This document shows positions 49,944-60,957 of a stretch of 64,000 bases of DNA, in pieces; position 1 is the stretch's first letter, and the number at the start of each line of letters is the position of its first letter. The position numbers were made by a program, and so were the translations under genes. The DNA lies in contig CAWIXE010000001.1 of the NCBI GenBank assembly GCA_963840035.1, positions 544,001 through 608,000 on the forward strand, read 5' to 3'. The stretch comes from a candidate division FCPU426 bacterium. GTDB lineage: Bacteria; Oederibacteriota; PGYV01; Palsa-1178. The notes below the pieces were generated by a model. The model was not told the DNA's origin, ran no database searches, and saw only the letters and a program-made list of their open reading frames with translations.

Positions 49944-49980
49944 AAACAAAAACATCCGCGAAAGCGGATTTTTTTGTTTG
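49944..49980 (+). terminator. Rho-independent terminator (original tmRNA terminator displaced by the island)
   Basis: AAACAAAAACATCCGC-gaaa-GCGGATTTTTTTGTTT directly after attR. Confidence 0.75.
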
Positions 49981-50089
49981 GTGGAAAAACAGGTAAAAAG
50001 CAAATCCAAATTTGTATCAGAAGCAAACTTGCCCGTGGCACATACATGTGATATACTGGTTTATCGGTAACCTAATACCAGGAGGAACT

Positions 50090-51103
50090 ATGAATATCCG
50101 GGACATCGCGAAGCTTGCGGGCGTGACTCATACTACTGTTTCAAAGATACTTAATAACAAAGGCAGCATATCAGAGGAAACAAAAAAGAAGGTCCTTGCC
50201 ATAATAAAAAAGAATAATTTTTACCCAAGCGAGGCGGCGCGGCGGACTTCTCTGGGGCGCGGGGGGGAGATTGCTTTTGTCAGCTCCAAGTACGCTTCTC
50301 CTTTTATTTCCTCAGTGCTGGAGGGTGTGGAGAACAGTTCTTATGGCGCGGGCAAGTATGAAAGAATGCTTTCAACATACTCAACCCGCGGCTCAGGCGA
50401 TATAAAGGACGAGATATTCATGAAAATAGCTACGGGGCATCTTGCCGATGCCGTGATAGTGCTGGCGCTTAAGCCAAATGAAGACGCCATGAAGGAATTT
50501 AAGAAATCCGGCATACCCGTGATACTACTTGAAAGCAGGATGAAAGGCGCGGACTCGATCACTGTCGATAATGTATCCGGCGCTTATGACGCCGTGTCAT
50601 ACCTGGCAAAATCAGGCAGAAAGAATATAGCCATAATCCGCGGCGAAACCGGCAATGAAGAGGTAGGGCCTGTGCCTCTTGACAGGGAAAAAGGCTATAA
50701 AAAGGCATTGCTGGACGCAGGGCTTAAAGCTGACAAAGACCTGCTGGAAGAGGTAATAGAGTATACATTTGAGGAAGGCAGGGCAGCGCTTGATAATTTG
50801 CTAAGCCGGAACAAAAAATTGGACTCGATATTCTGCGCCGCAGGCGACATGTGCGCGCTCGGCGTAATGCAAAGGGCTCAGGAACTTAAGATACAAATAC
50901 CGCGTGATATTTCCATAATAGGTTTTGATGACATACCGGCGGCTGCTTTGGTAAAACCCGGGCTTGCCACTGTCAGACAGCCCGTAAGTGAGATGGGAAA
51001 AAAGGCCTTTACAATGGCTGTTGATTACGCCGAAAGCAGGCTTTTGGAACCTATAAATGTGGTTATTAAGCCCAAATTAATAATAAGGCCATCCGCCGGA
51101 TAG
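50090..51103 (+). CDS. LacI-family transcriptional regulator
   Basis: MNIRDIAKLAGVTHTTVSKILNN; IIGFDD..ATVRQP; GGAGG RBS. Confidence 0.95.
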   Translation: MNIRDIAKLAGVTHTTVSKILNNKGSISEETKKKVLAIIKKNNFYPSEAARRTSLGRGGEIAFVSSKYASPFISSVLEGVENSSYGAGKYERMLSTYSTRGSGDIKDEIFMKIATGHLADAVIVLALKPNEDAMKEFKKSGIPVILLESRMKGADSITVDNVSGAYDAVSYLAKSGRKNIAIIRGETGNEEVGPVPLDREKGYKKALLDAGLKADKDLLEEVIEYTFEEGRAALDNLLSRNKKLDSIFCAAGDMCALGVMQRAQELKIQIPRDISIIGFDDIPAAALVKPGLATVRQPVSEMGKKAFTMAVDYAESRLLEPINVVIKPKLIIRPSAG

Positions 51104-51130
51104 CAGCGAATAACAATTTGCGAAACACAC

Positions 51131-51178
51131 TTGACTTTTCGCGAAAATATTGTATATTTAGGTTACCGGTAACCTAAA
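51131..51178 (+). promoter_or_regulatory. Promoter with LacI-type operator
   Basis: TTGACT..TATATT; perfect 22-bp palindrome TTTAGGTTACCGGTAACCTAAA (51157-51178); related GGTTTATCGGTAACC at 50058-50072 upstream of the lacI-family gene. Confidence 0.8.
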
Positions 51179-51197
51179 CCTTAAAGCGGAGGGTGAT

Positions 51198-51380
51198 ATG
51201 GATAAGTCAAAAGCATTATTGGATGAGATTTATTTAAAAGCCTCAGAGTCGTCAAATATATATGAACTCATCATGAACCTGATGAAAGAGACATCCTTAA
51301 AACTGCGGGCGGCCGGCATCAATGACATGTATTTATCTTCCGGGGTTGTAAGTAAACCCGGGGAGAGCGGGCAATTATGA
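51198..51380 (+). CDS. Small hypothetical protein
   Basis: GGAGG RBS; stop overlaps the next start (ATGA). Confidence 0.5.
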   Translation: MDKSKALLDEIYLKASESSNIYELIMNLMKETSLKLRAAGINDMYLSSGVVSKPGESGQL

Positions 51381-54300
51381 ATATTTTAAAGGCTGTCAGT
51401 GGCGGGGCGTCGTCAGTCCGTAACAAAATCATAATTGCGGCATTCTTTTTTATCGCATTAACCTCTTCCTTATATTCCGCGCCGTGCTGGAACCTTGTTT
51501 GGGCTGATGAATTTGACAAGGGATACATAGATACAAATAACTGGAATTTTAATACCGGCTGCTCCGGGTGGGGAAACAGTGAGTGGGAAAACTACACAAA
51601 TTCCGCAACCAACTCTTATATTGAAAACGGAAATCTTGTTTTAAACGCCGTCAATACCGGAGGCGGCAATTGCGGTTACACGTCCGCGCGTTTAACCACC
51701 CAGGGAAAAGTGCACTTCACCTACGGCAGGATTGAAGCCAGGATTAAGTGCCCGTACGGCCAGGGGATATGGCCCGCGTTCTGGATGCTGGGGGAAAATA
51801 TAAGTTCAGTAAACTGGCCCGCCTGCGGAGAACTTGATATTATGGAAATGGTGGGCGGCGGTTCAGGCAAGGACAATGTGACGGTAGGCACCGCGCACTG
51901 GGACAACGGAGGTCACGCTTCTTACGGGCTCACAGCTTCGGTAGGCTGGCCCGCCAAACTTTCCGATGATTACCACATATACGCCATTGAGTGGGATGCC
52001 ACGCAGATAAGGTGGTATTTTGACACCAATAATTACGTTACGCTTAACACAAACGGCGCTTCCATGGAGGAATTTGTAGGAAAGGATTACTTCATATTAT
52101 TAAACCTGGCAGTTGGCGGGCAGTGGCCGGGTTATCCTGACGGCTCAACCGTGTTCCCGCAAAAAATGTATGTTGACTACGTGCGCTGGTACCAGGACGG
52201 CGCGTGCGGCCCGACCAATACGCCAACGCCTACTCCGACGCTTGTAGTTACCAATATCCCGGGCAATGTCCAGTTTGAAAATTATATGAACAGCGGCGAA
52301 GGAGTATCTTACCATGATACTACAGCTGGAAATACTCCCGGACAATACAGGAGCGACGGCGTGGACATTGAGGCCTGCTCTGAAGCGGGCGGCGGTTATG
52401 ATGTGGGTTATACCGCAGCCGGAGAGTGGCTCAATTACAGGATAAATGTTCTTCAGGCAGGGACTTATAATATAGGAGTCCACGCGGCGTCACTCGGCGC
52501 GGGCGGGACATTTCATCTGGAACTCGACGGAGCAAATATTTCCGGACAGCTGACTGTCCCCGACACTGGCGGATGGCAGACGTGGCAGACGCTTACAGTC
52601 AATAATATCAGTATTAGTTCTGCCGGCCTTAAAACTTTGAAGCTCGTAATGGACTCAAACGGCGCCACAGGGAGTATCGGGAATTTTAATTACGTATCCT
52701 TTACCGCCGGTATTAATGCAACACCCACATTTACACCCGCAGCGTCAAACACACCGCCTCCGGGCAGCGACGCGCTCATACCCTTAAACGCCGGCAAGAC
52801 CATGACCTGCCAGTTCATTAACAACACAGGCAATTATTCCGACAGCCAGATATATGTGATTGTAATAGGCTTAAACGCTGCCATGAAATACTGCCGGCTG
52901 GACACCGCGGGAAACATGATTCCGTGCGTCTCCGGGGATAATGCCGCCCCATATTTTATCCCTCTCTCGTCCATAAACGGTCTGCAGTTTCCCGATACCA
53001 TGATATCAGTAAGGCTTTATGTGTCGCTTGGCGCGCCGCTTAACATACCTTTTAATACTGACGGCGGAGGCAATGTGGGCATCGCGTATCCGAGCATAGA
53101 TAACCCCTCTGACCCGTCCTATAACTCGGTTTTTGATTTTGTGGAATTTAACCTGCAAAATAATATTATATTCCTCAATTCGTCGCAGGTGGATATGTTC
53201 GGCGTGCCTACGCAGTTAAGGCTATATGATAACGGGACTCCCACGTATACGCTTAACGGGCAGATGGGGATACCGTACAGTTTGGCCCAGATTGCTTCGG
53301 ACTGGGCAGCGCAGGTACCGGCAGAATTCCAGCACCTGTACGCCAACGGCAGGATTGTGTCGCCCACGCATGGGCAGTTTGCGGCAGGAAGGGCATACGC
53401 GAATTATTTTGACGCATATATAAACAGCATCTGGAGCCAGTACGCGTCAAGCGACCTGGTGCTGACCATAGGCGCGAGCGTTTTTACAGGCCGCGTAGGA
53501 GGGGATACCAGGATTGCGTTCACAACTCCCGGAGACCCGGTAACTTATTACGTCGAGAAACCAAATACGCAGGATGTTTTTATGGGAGCCGGGACGCTGG
53601 CAAAGGGCAACGGCGTGGAAAAACAACTGGAGGCGCAGATATGCGCGGCATTTAACAGGCATGTAATGCAGAATATTTCCCTCGCGAATACGCCTTCCGC
53701 TTTTTACCAGGCTTCGCCCGCGAACTGGTACGCGAAATTTTGGCACGACCATTCGCTTTTTAACATGGCATATGGTTTCTGCTACGACGATGTCAGCAAC
53801 CAGTCAACTACACTGGTCTCCACAAATCCCCGCGGTATGGTGGTCGTAATAGGAGCCAACAACCAGGTCCCTGCCACATACACAATGACAAGAACGCCTG
53901 TTAATACCGCAACAAAAACATTTACAGTTACCTTTACGGCGACGAGGATAAACACAAGCACTTCAACGGCGACGTCCACAGCGACCGGCACAACCACGGT
54001 GCCTGCCGCGACCTTTACCGCGACTCCGGCAAATACGGGAACATTAACATCTACCCATACCGCGACTATTACCCTGACTCCGGCAAATACAGGAACATTA
54101 ACAGCGACCCGCACGGCTACAGTTGATGTTTCTCCGACTGTGACTTCGTCAAACACAGTCATTTTAACAGCAACCAGCACTGCTACAGTAAGCGCGGCTA
54201 CATCAACCGCTACAGCCACAAACACCGTGACAGTTATATATACAAAGACTCAGACGGCTGTAAATACGCCAACGTGTACTCCCACAAAAACAAATACTGC

Positions 54301-54745
54301 CGCGTTTACTTCAACCAGGACAAGCACTCCTGCTTCCACGCGGACTTTTACCGCCACAAGAACATCAACAACAACACCTGTAAACACTCCTACCACGACG
54401 GTAACAAAAACACAGGATGGAAAACTCGGGATACAGGACACCGTTGCGTATCCAAATCCAATCAGTAAAATGGACAATACAGGGATTAATGTCAGCTTTA
54501 AACTTTCGGCAATTGCCACAAAGTTAAAGTTCAGGCAGTTTACCACCGGCTACAGGTTAATACGGGAAGTATCGTTTACAGCCGGCGAGGTAAATGGGGG
54601 CCTGGACTCAGGGATTAATGTTATCACCGTACCCGCAAAATACTTAAAGGGATTATCCGCCGGCACCTATTATTATGTGCTGTCAGCTGAGGATGGCCGG
54701 GGGAATAAAACTTCTTCAGGGCTTAAAATTGTCATCGTATTATGA
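51377..54745 (+). CDS. Secreted multimodular beta-1,3-glucanase: GH16 + CBM6 + GH64-like + Thr-rich linker + YPNP C-terminal domain
   Basis: [21 protein letters not shown] (GH16); [15 protein letters not shown] (CBM6); [22 protein letters not shown] (GH64). Confidence 0.88.
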   Translation: MNILKAVSGGASSVRNKIIIAAFFFIALTSSLYSAPCWNLVWADEFDKGYIDTNNWNFNTGCSGWGNSEWENYTNSATNSYIENGNLVLNAVNTGGGNCGYTSARLTTQGKVHFTYGRIEARIKCPYGQGIWPAFWMLGENISSVNWPACGELDIMEMVGGGSGKDNVTVGTAHWDNGGHASYGLTASVGWPAKLSDDYHIYAIEWDATQIRWYFDTNNYVTLNTNGASMEEFVGKDYFILLNLAVGGQWPGYPDGSTVFPQKMYVDYVRWYQDGACGPTNTPTPTPTLVVTNIPGNVQFENYMNSGEGVSYHDTTAGNTPGQYRSDGVDIEACSEAGGGYDVGYTAAGEWLNYRINVLQAGTYNIGVHAASLGAGGTFHLELDGANISGQLTVPDTGGWQTWQTLTVNNISISSAGLKTLKLVMDSNGATGSIGNFNYVSFTAGINATPTFTPAASNTPPPGSDALIPLNAGKTMTCQFINNTGNYSDSQIYVIVIGLNAAMKYCRLDTAGNMIPCVSGDNAAPYFIPLSSINGLQFPDTMISVRLYVSLGAPLNIPFNTDGGGNVGIAYPSIDNPSDPSYNSVFDFVEFNLQNNIIFLNSSQVDMFGVPTQLRLYDNGTPTYTLNGQMGIPYSLAQIASDWAAQVPAEFQHLYANGRIVSPTHGQFAAGRAYANYFDAYINSIWSQYASSDLVLTIGASVFTGRVGGDTRIAFTTPGDPVTYYVEKPNTQDVFMGAGTLAKGNGVEKQLEAQICAAFNRHVMQNISLANTPSAFYQASPANWYAKFWHDHSLFNMAYGFCYDDVSNQSTTLVSTNPRGMVVVIGANNQVPATYTMTRTPVNTATKTFTVTFTATRINTSTSTATSTATGTTTVPAATFTATPANTGTLTSTHTATITLTPANTGTLTATRTATVDVSPTVTSSNTVILTATSTATVSAATSTATATNTVTVIYTKTQTAVNTPTCTPTKTNTAAFTSTRTSTPASTRTFTATRTSTTTPVNTPTTTVTKTQDGKLGIQDTVAYPNPISKMDNTGINVSFKLSAIATKLKFRQFTTGYRLIREVSFTAGEVNGGLDSGINVITVPAKYLKGLSAGTYYYVLSAEDGRGNKTSSGLKIVIVL

Positions 54746-54794
54746 CAAAATGGTTTAAAGAAATCATTTTAAGCTGAGTGAGCAGGTATAATTT

Positions 54795-54835
54795 AAAAAC
54801 AAAAACATCCGCTTTTGCGGATGTTTTTGTTTTTG
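54795..54835 (+). terminator. Rho-independent terminator
   Basis: AAAAACAAAAACATCCGC-tttt-GCGGATGTTTTTGTTTTT. Confidence 0.75.
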
Positions 54836-54972
54836 TGGCCGGAATAATCATTAAACCATTTACATATTTAGGTTAATGTTATATTGGCCAATCTTTTTAG
54901 ATATAAATATTGACAAAAAATATGCCGGGGAGTAACATTAATTATCAGTTTTTTTGTCCCGGGAGGGCTCAA

Positions 54973-56256
54973 TTGAAAAAAATATACGCAATCCTTATAT
55001 TAATCCTGGTTTTTCAGCCGGTTATGCTTTTATATTCCATCCCGTGTGTTACTGAAGGGTGTTTTGGTTCAGGCAGTGTATTTAAGGCTTGCGGGGATTA
55101 CTGGGAGGATAATTATGCCGGGGTGCATTATCATTGTCATTGCGTATGCGGGCCCTGTGACAGCGTCAAAAATCCATGTGTCGCTGTGGTATCCGGCGGG
55201 GCGGGCGGGGGTTCGGCTTCTGCGCAGGTAAATTTAAACAGCGATGTAAATGGTTCAGCGTATTTTTCACGCAATGACCTTTTTGCCATTGAAGACTGGG
55301 CAAATGACAACGATACAAAATGGAAATCTTTCATGGACAGGTCCCTTGAGAGAGGTTACGGGAACCTTTCCTCCTTTATTAACGGCGACGGAAGCGGAAT
55401 GCCTTTCAATGATTTTGTCTATCAAACCACAATGAAATACCTTAATAACAATTACTTTAACGGAGGCAGCGGCGACCCAAGGCTGCTTCGGGACGATTCA
55501 ACTATACCTAACGCCTCTTTTTACGCCGGGTATGGGAAAAAGACAGGCGGAAAAGGCGCGGACGACGGCCCGCCACCTCCGGCTCCAAAAATTCCTGACG
55601 GTATTTCCTGGGTCGACAGCGGCGGTGTTTATATAGGAAACGGCAAGACGCCAAAACTGCTCCGCGGAGGGGATGAGGATGTCACGTTTGAGGAGCGCGA
55701 AAGGGCGCGCTTAAATACCGTAATAGACGAGAGGAAGCTTGTTAAGATGGACAATGAGGCCTTTGATTACGCGGCAGGGCAGGCTGAGCAGGCGGGTACG
55801 GAATCGGATAAAAATAACGGCATGATGCGCAAAGTTTTGAATTTCTTCTTTGAAAAGGCGCAGGACAAAGTGGAATCTGATTCTATTGACGAGATAAAGG
55901 AACTTATAACAGGCGGGGATGAGGCTAAAAAAGAGCGTCTCGGCACGGCCCTTGACGTTATTGACGGTACAAAAGAACTGAAGAAATTGTACGACATGCG
56001 CGGAGACCAGCAGGCGCTGACTGAAGAGACATCAAAGAACATGGAAAAGCTCATGGCAGGCCAGTTAAAGGGGATGCAAAAAGAGGTATCGGACAAGGGA
56101 AGGGACCTGTATAAGAAATTCATGGAAAACAAATTAAACTCGGTAATAAACGAGGTAAAAAACGGAAGCAACGCCATCATAAAGACATTTACAGGCAAGC
56201 CATTAAACGCTGACGAACAGGACATCATAAACAGGGCGACGGGGAGGAATGAATAA
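54973..56256 (+). CDS. Exported hypothetical protein with Cys-rich N-terminus and helical C-terminus
   Basis: GGGAGG RBS before TTG; signal peptide; HCHCVCGPC cluster. Confidence 0.65.
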   Translation: MKKIYAILILILVFQPVMLLYSIPCVTEGCFGSGSVFKACGDYWEDNYAGVHYHCHCVCGPCDSVKNPCVAVVSGGAGGGSASAQVNLNSDVNGSAYFSRNDLFAIEDWANDNDTKWKSFMDRSLERGYGNLSSFINGDGSGMPFNDFVYQTTMKYLNNNYFNGGSGDPRLLRDDSTIPNASFYAGYGKKTGGKGADDGPPPPAPKIPDGISWVDSGGVYIGNGKTPKLLRGGDEDVTFEERERARLNTVIDERKLVKMDNEAFDYAAGQAEQAGTESDKNNGMMRKVLNFFFEKAQDKVESDSIDEIKELITGGDEAKKERLGTALDVIDGTKELKKLYDMRGDQQALTEETSKNMEKLMAGQLKGMQKEVSDKGRDLYKKFMENKLNSVINEVKNGSNAIIKTFTGKPLNADEQDIINRATGRNE

Positions 56257-56257
56257 C

Positions 56258-57161
56258 ATGAAAAAAATAATTCTGGCATTCCTTATAACCGTTTGCGCCG
56301 CGGCTGCCGCCGCAGGCAGTTACCTTGACAAAACATTTGTCCTGCTGCCGGCAGACAGCGGGCTGAAATTCAGCTGGATCATGGCGCCCGGCACAGTAAA
56401 TGCGGAAGGGTCAGGCATAATATTCAGGATGGGAAAAAGCGGCAACGCCTGGTTCGGACGCGACGGAAAGTATCTGATGAGTTTAAAGGACGGATTTGTA
56501 ATCGAATTAAAGGGCGGATATGATGATTTTACGGTCAATGGCGAGGGCAAACCTCTTATAATGGCAAAGGGTTATCTGGGGTTGATACCTCCGGTAAAGG
56601 ACCCGCAGGGCACCGGCAGGCTTTTCCTTCCAGCCGCTCGCAAAACTTCCGGCTGACAACTGCAAGTTTTATCCGGCTGCAAATGGCGGAGTTTACATAA
56701 CAGGCGGCAATGCCGTTTTTGTGGCGGGAGGGGAAAGCGGCGTAATAAATATAGAAGGAAAGGGAAAAGCGTTATCATACAGGAAGGTATTTTCCTCGGA
56801 AAAGTCCGTTTCATCGGCTGCGGGTGACGGGAAAACAACTTTCATCGCGACGGACAGGCTTGTAATACGCGTAAAGCCGGGCTCGGAAAAGGCTGAAGGT
56901 TTTTTCATGCATCCGAAGGAAAAAATTACAGGGCTGGCATATGACGCGTCAGCCGGGGTTTTTTACTGCACTGAAAAAGGGGTCGGTTTCGCGTCAAAGG
57001 ACGGCAGCCTGGAATTCCTGAAAGTCTCCAAACCTTCCATTGCCGCGTCAGCAGGAAAACTATACGTTTATCTGCCTGATGAAAACGGCATCCTGGAAAT
57101 AGCAAGCATTAATAATTTTAAAGGGCTTATAAAAACCGGCGGGGTAAAAAATAAAAAATGA
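56258..57161 (+). pseudogene. Exported beta-propeller-like protein split by a frameshift near 56600-56630
   Basis: Frame of ORF 56721-57161 is open upstream (FQPLAKLPADNCKFYP..) and overlaps the tail of ORF 56249-56656. Confidence 0.6.
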
Positions 57162-58711
57162 GAGATAAAATAAAAAGCTTGTTAAGCCTGTCAATACTGG
57201 CGCTGGCCTGTTTGTTTCCGCTGCAGGTTGCCGCGGCTTCTGAAAGCGGGCCGTTTAACCCTGATACATATGTCAGCTCAGCCATAAAATACCGCAGCCC
57301 TGATGCGGGAAAGCCTTTCTTTGCCGCGGATGCCTTAAACGCGGCCAGGGGATACCTGGTGCTTGGATATCTTCCGGAGGCGGTCGACAGGTATAAAGCC
57401 CTGTATAACGGCGGTTCCAGGGACGGGGTTATAACCGAATACGCGTACGCGCTGGCTTTAAGCGGTTATAACGAGCCTGCCATGTTATACCTTGACAGCG
57501 CGCATTTAAGCGACCCTTCAGGCGCTGAGCCATATTATTACGCCGGGAATATATTTGCTTTTGCAGGATACGGCGATATAGCAAAAAATTTCATGAAGAT
57601 AGCGCAGGGGGATAAGGATGAATTTTCCGGGCTTGCGTCAAAACCGGCTGCATTAAGAAAAAACATCGGCGTTATTTCATACGCTGACCTGGATAATGAT
57701 TTTAAGAAAGAACTGGGATACGCCGAAAAAACCGGCGTTGTCGTGCTCAATGTTTTTCCGGGGCCGGAAATGTTCAGAAGCCCCCTGGAAACACGGGATA
57801 TAATAATGAAGATAGGCGACAGCGGTGTAAAGGACATGAAGGCTTTTCAGGAAATGGTAAACAATAAACCGGCAGGAAGCGGCTTAAACCTGACAATATG
57901 GCGCGGCGGCGAGAAAAGGAACATATCAGTAAAGGTGCGTTCAGTCGATGACCTGCCGGGGCTTCCGGCTTTAAAAGGAAGAAAACTTGAGCCATCTGAT
58001 AAAGCCAAGGCAAAGCTCGTAAAGGCCGTAACCCTGCTTGCCGATAAAAAATATTTTACATCCATACTCATATACAGGGAACTGGTCGATGAATATCCGG
58101 ACTGGGAAATACCATACCTGGGGTATACGCTTGCGCTTGAGAAAGCCGGCGCGTTTGCCTGCGCGAAAAAAGCGTCGGAGCAGGCCGCTGCCGCTGCCGC
58201 GGATGATAAGGAAGCAAGGACACAGTTTAAAAACAAGTCAAAAGAGCTTGGAGAATTGCCTGCCAACAAACAGAGCAGCTGGAGGCAGGAGCAATCCAGG
58301 GAAACATTGCGGGATAATCCAAAAGTTTTTTACCTGGGTTTTGGCGGAGGGCAGCTGTACTTTGGCGGTAACACTGACTTAAGGCTGATGCTTAACGGAA
58401 GGATAGGGCTGCTCCTTGATACGGGCATAGATTTATCAGCCAGCCTCGGCATAGACACTTCAAGCGGCATAGACCTCGGGATTACGGCCGTGCAGCGATT
58501 TAAATACGGAAAAGATTTCGGTTTAAACGCGGGCGGTACTGTGGCGTTTAACACAGGCAGGGGAGAACTTGCGGTGGGTGTTTTAGGCGGGGGCTCATGG
58601 TACATGGACAGCAGCAACAGCCTGGACCTGATGATCAATATGCGCGCGTACCTTGGCGGAAACAGCACGCCAGGCGCGGTTATTTACATCGGCACGACAA
58701 GGTTCTTATAA
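57158..58711 (+). CDS. Exported TPR + PDZ + C-terminal beta-barrel-like protein
   Basis: Signal peptide; TPR helices; GVVVLNVFPG..DIIMKIG..LTIWRGGE PDZ; C-terminal YIGTTRFL. Confidence 0.7.
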   Translation: MRDKIKSLLSLSILALACLFPLQVAAASESGPFNPDTYVSSAIKYRSPDAGKPFFAADALNAARGYLVLGYLPEAVDRYKALYNGGSRDGVITEYAYALALSGYNEPAMLYLDSAHLSDPSGAEPYYYAGNIFAFAGYGDIAKNFMKIAQGDKDEFSGLASKPAALRKNIGVISYADLDNDFKKELGYAEKTGVVVLNVFPGPEMFRSPLETRDIIMKIGDSGVKDMKAFQEMVNNKPAGSGLNLTIWRGGEKRNISVKVRSVDDLPGLPALKGRKLEPSDKAKAKLVKAVTLLADKKYFTSILIYRELVDEYPDWEIPYLGYTLALEKAGAFACAKKASEQAAAAAADDKEARTQFKNKSKELGELPANKQSSWRQEQSRETLRDNPKVFYLGFGGGQLYFGGNTDLRLMLNGRIGLLLDTGIDLSASLGIDTSSGIDLGITAVQRFKYGKDFGLNAGGTVAFNTGRGELAVGVLGGGSWYMDSSNSLDLMINMRAYLGGNSTPGAVIYIGTTRFL

Positions 58712-60849
58712 TGAAAAAAAACATCAGCTTAAGCGCTGTGTTATTGCTGCTGACGCTCTTTGCCTCCGCCGCAACAGGAGCGGAAGACATACGGATAAGC
58801 GCTGAAAAATTCAAAAAAACATCTTTTTACACCAACCAGAAGATATTTGAGGACGCATTTATATCAGCTCAGGGAAACCTCGTGCTCACAGCCTCCGCGG
58901 GATTTTTAGCCCTTAAGCAGGGGGTTAAAGAAACCATTTCAAAGGACGCCATATACGCGTGGAAGCAGGCGTCAAAAATATCAGGACGGGCTGTTTTCGT
59001 GGAGATAAGGGAAGGCGATAAATGCACCACACTGTGGAAATCAGAGGGAAATAATTCCGCTGTCATGGTTGAACAGTGGGGCCCGGGAATTGTCCCGGAT
59101 AGCGGAAGGCGTATTTTCATGTCAGGGGCGGTCACCGCGAATACGGCGCAGGAAGGCGCGGTCATAAGCGGAACCATAGGGACTTATTTTTTCAAGGACA
59201 TCCTTGACACGGCGCTGAACCTGTCGGTATCAGGCAGCAGCGCGAGCGTCGGCTTAAGCGCAAAAGCGCATTACCTCATAACACCGTTGTGGGATTTAAA
59301 CGGGGGCATTCAGTTAAGCTTAACCGGCAACGGGGATAACAGCGCGTTTGAAATGGCAGCGCTTATCGGCGCGAGCAACTTTTTATCATACAGGAGCAGC
59401 CTTGATTTCAGCGCGAGCATAGGAAATACCGGCGCTTTCATGATAGGTTCAGGTGTGACATATTATTTTGACGGCAGGCCGGAAATGGGGACACAACCAG
59501 CCCCGATAAAAAAAGAGGATGTAAAAAGAGCGGCCACTCCTTTGTTTACCGCCACTGAAATCCCGGCGAGGGAAGAAGAACCGGCTCCCACAGACACACC
59601 CCGTCCGGAATCTACGCCGTGGCCGACATCAACGCGTGTGCCGGAAGCAACCGCGACCAATGAACCGACACAGGAAATAATACCCACAGTAGGGGCGTCA
59701 AATGAAAAAGAAACAGAGGCAACGCCCGCTGAAATAAAAGCGCAGCCTGAAGAAACCCCGGCCGCGCGTGAAACACAGGAACGTGTAGAAAACACCGGGG
59801 CTGACGTCCAGGAACGCCCGGCTGATCAAAAGGAAGGAACTACCGCGGGATTTTTTATGGAATCCGATATACTGAACCTGGCAACATCCATTCCTGACAG
59901 GTGGGTGAACATTAATTTAACGTTCGGTTTCGGTACTGACAGCATATTTGGCATGAGCATAACGCCGGGCTACATGACGCTGGAAAAAGGCGGGCCTGTC
60001 ACATATGACCTGCTCAGCGTAAATGTTGCCCTGGATTTTTACCCGCTGGGAAGGTCGCCTTCGGGGATTTATCTCGGGCCTGTCGTGGGTTTCAGGCATT
60101 ATATTGACGCAGTGCATGAACCGCTGGATGTCACAAATACGGAAGACAAAGTCCTTTACGGCGGGCAGGCGGGAGTAAGGGTGCTGGCAGCTGGTTTTGT
60201 AATGGATGCGGCAGCCGTTTACATGATGAATGAAAGCGCAAAAGCAGGATGGCCGTCTGAAATGGTCAATGACCTGAAATTCCGGGCCGGGATAGGAATT
60301 ATGTTTTACGCCGGGGATGAAAACGGGCAGGAATCTGATGAAGATATCAAGGAAGGCACCACAGAAGGGACCTTTTTTGAGGTAGACGGAATGAGCGCTT
60401 ACAGGATGATGAAGAATGACGATTTTGAAGGCGATGTCAGGTTCGGTTTCGGCGACGACGGCATCCTTGGAATGAACTTCACGCTTGGCGGGAAATACAT
60501 AGAACAGTTCGGATTCCAGAAATATTCGGCAATGGCCAGGTTGGCGCTGGACCTATACCCATTTGACAGGTCGCCGTCCGGATTATACTTCGGTGCGCTG
60601 GCCGGGGCAGGTTACCGTGTGGACAGGCAGGATTTTGGCATGGGTTATGTAATTGACAATTATCCTGTTTTGGCGGCAGGCGGTGAGGCCGGTTTAAGGA
60701 TACTCATGAACATGCTTGTGCTGGACATAGCCATCGAATATGATATTTACACATACCCTCTAAAGGCAAGGGCAATGGAGATCCAGGAAGAATTTATAAT
60801 GCGCGCGGGGGTAGGGTTGATGTTTTATGATTTTAAAAAAGTAAAATAA
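58711..60849 (+). CDS. Exported protein with several beta-barrel-like domains and a Pro/Thr/Glu linker
   Basis: Signal peptide; duplicated LD(F/L)YP..RSPSG(I/L)Y.G and RAG(I/V)G.MFY modules. Confidence 0.7.
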   Translation: MKKNISLSAVLLLLTLFASAATGAEDIRISAEKFKKTSFYTNQKIFEDAFISAQGNLVLTASAGFLALKQGVKETISKDAIYAWKQASKISGRAVFVEIREGDKCTTLWKSEGNNSAVMVEQWGPGIVPDSGRRIFMSGAVTANTAQEGAVISGTIGTYFFKDILDTALNLSVSGSSASVGLSAKAHYLITPLWDLNGGIQLSLTGNGDNSAFEMAALIGASNFLSYRSSLDFSASIGNTGAFMIGSGVTYYFDGRPEMGTQPAPIKKEDVKRAATPLFTATEIPAREEEPAPTDTPRPESTPWPTSTRVPEATATNEPTQEIIPTVGASNEKETEATPAEIKAQPEETPAARETQERVENTGADVQERPADQKEGTTAGFFMESDILNLATSIPDRWVNINLTFGFGTDSIFGMSITPGYMTLEKGGPVTYDLLSVNVALDFYPLGRSPSGIYLGPVVGFRHYIDAVHEPLDVTNTEDKVLYGGQAGVRVLAAGFVMDAAAVYMMNESAKAGWPSEMVNDLKFRAGIGIMFYAGDENGQESDEDIKEGTTEGTFFEVDGMSAYRMMKNDDFEGDVRFGFGDDGILGMNFTLGGKYIEQFGFQKYSAMARLALDLYPFDRSPSGLYFGALAGAGYRVDRQDFGMGYVIDNYPVLAAGGEAGLRILMNMLVLDIAIEYDIYTYPLKARAMEIQEEFIMRAGVGLMFYDFKKVK

Positions 60850-60957
60850 TTATTGGCATTTCCGGATGAATTGAATTACAGCACAAATATGATATAATGT
60901 GTTTGAAGAACTGACATGAATTGTTTTAAGGGGGGATTTAAATTAACAATTTTAGTT

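Larger units (their letters stand above)
37187..49945. mobile_element. Genomic island integrated in the tmRNA 3' end
   Basis: 18-bp direct repeat TCCCACCGCCTCCACCAA at 37187-37204 and 49928-49945; adjacent serine integrase; visibly more AT-rich; hairpin terminator follows the right copy. Confidence 0.93.

Noticed and set aside
49802..50047. 81-aa minus-strand ORF spanning attR
   Set aside because: Crosses the terminator and att site and is not in the integrase frame after excision; probably spurious
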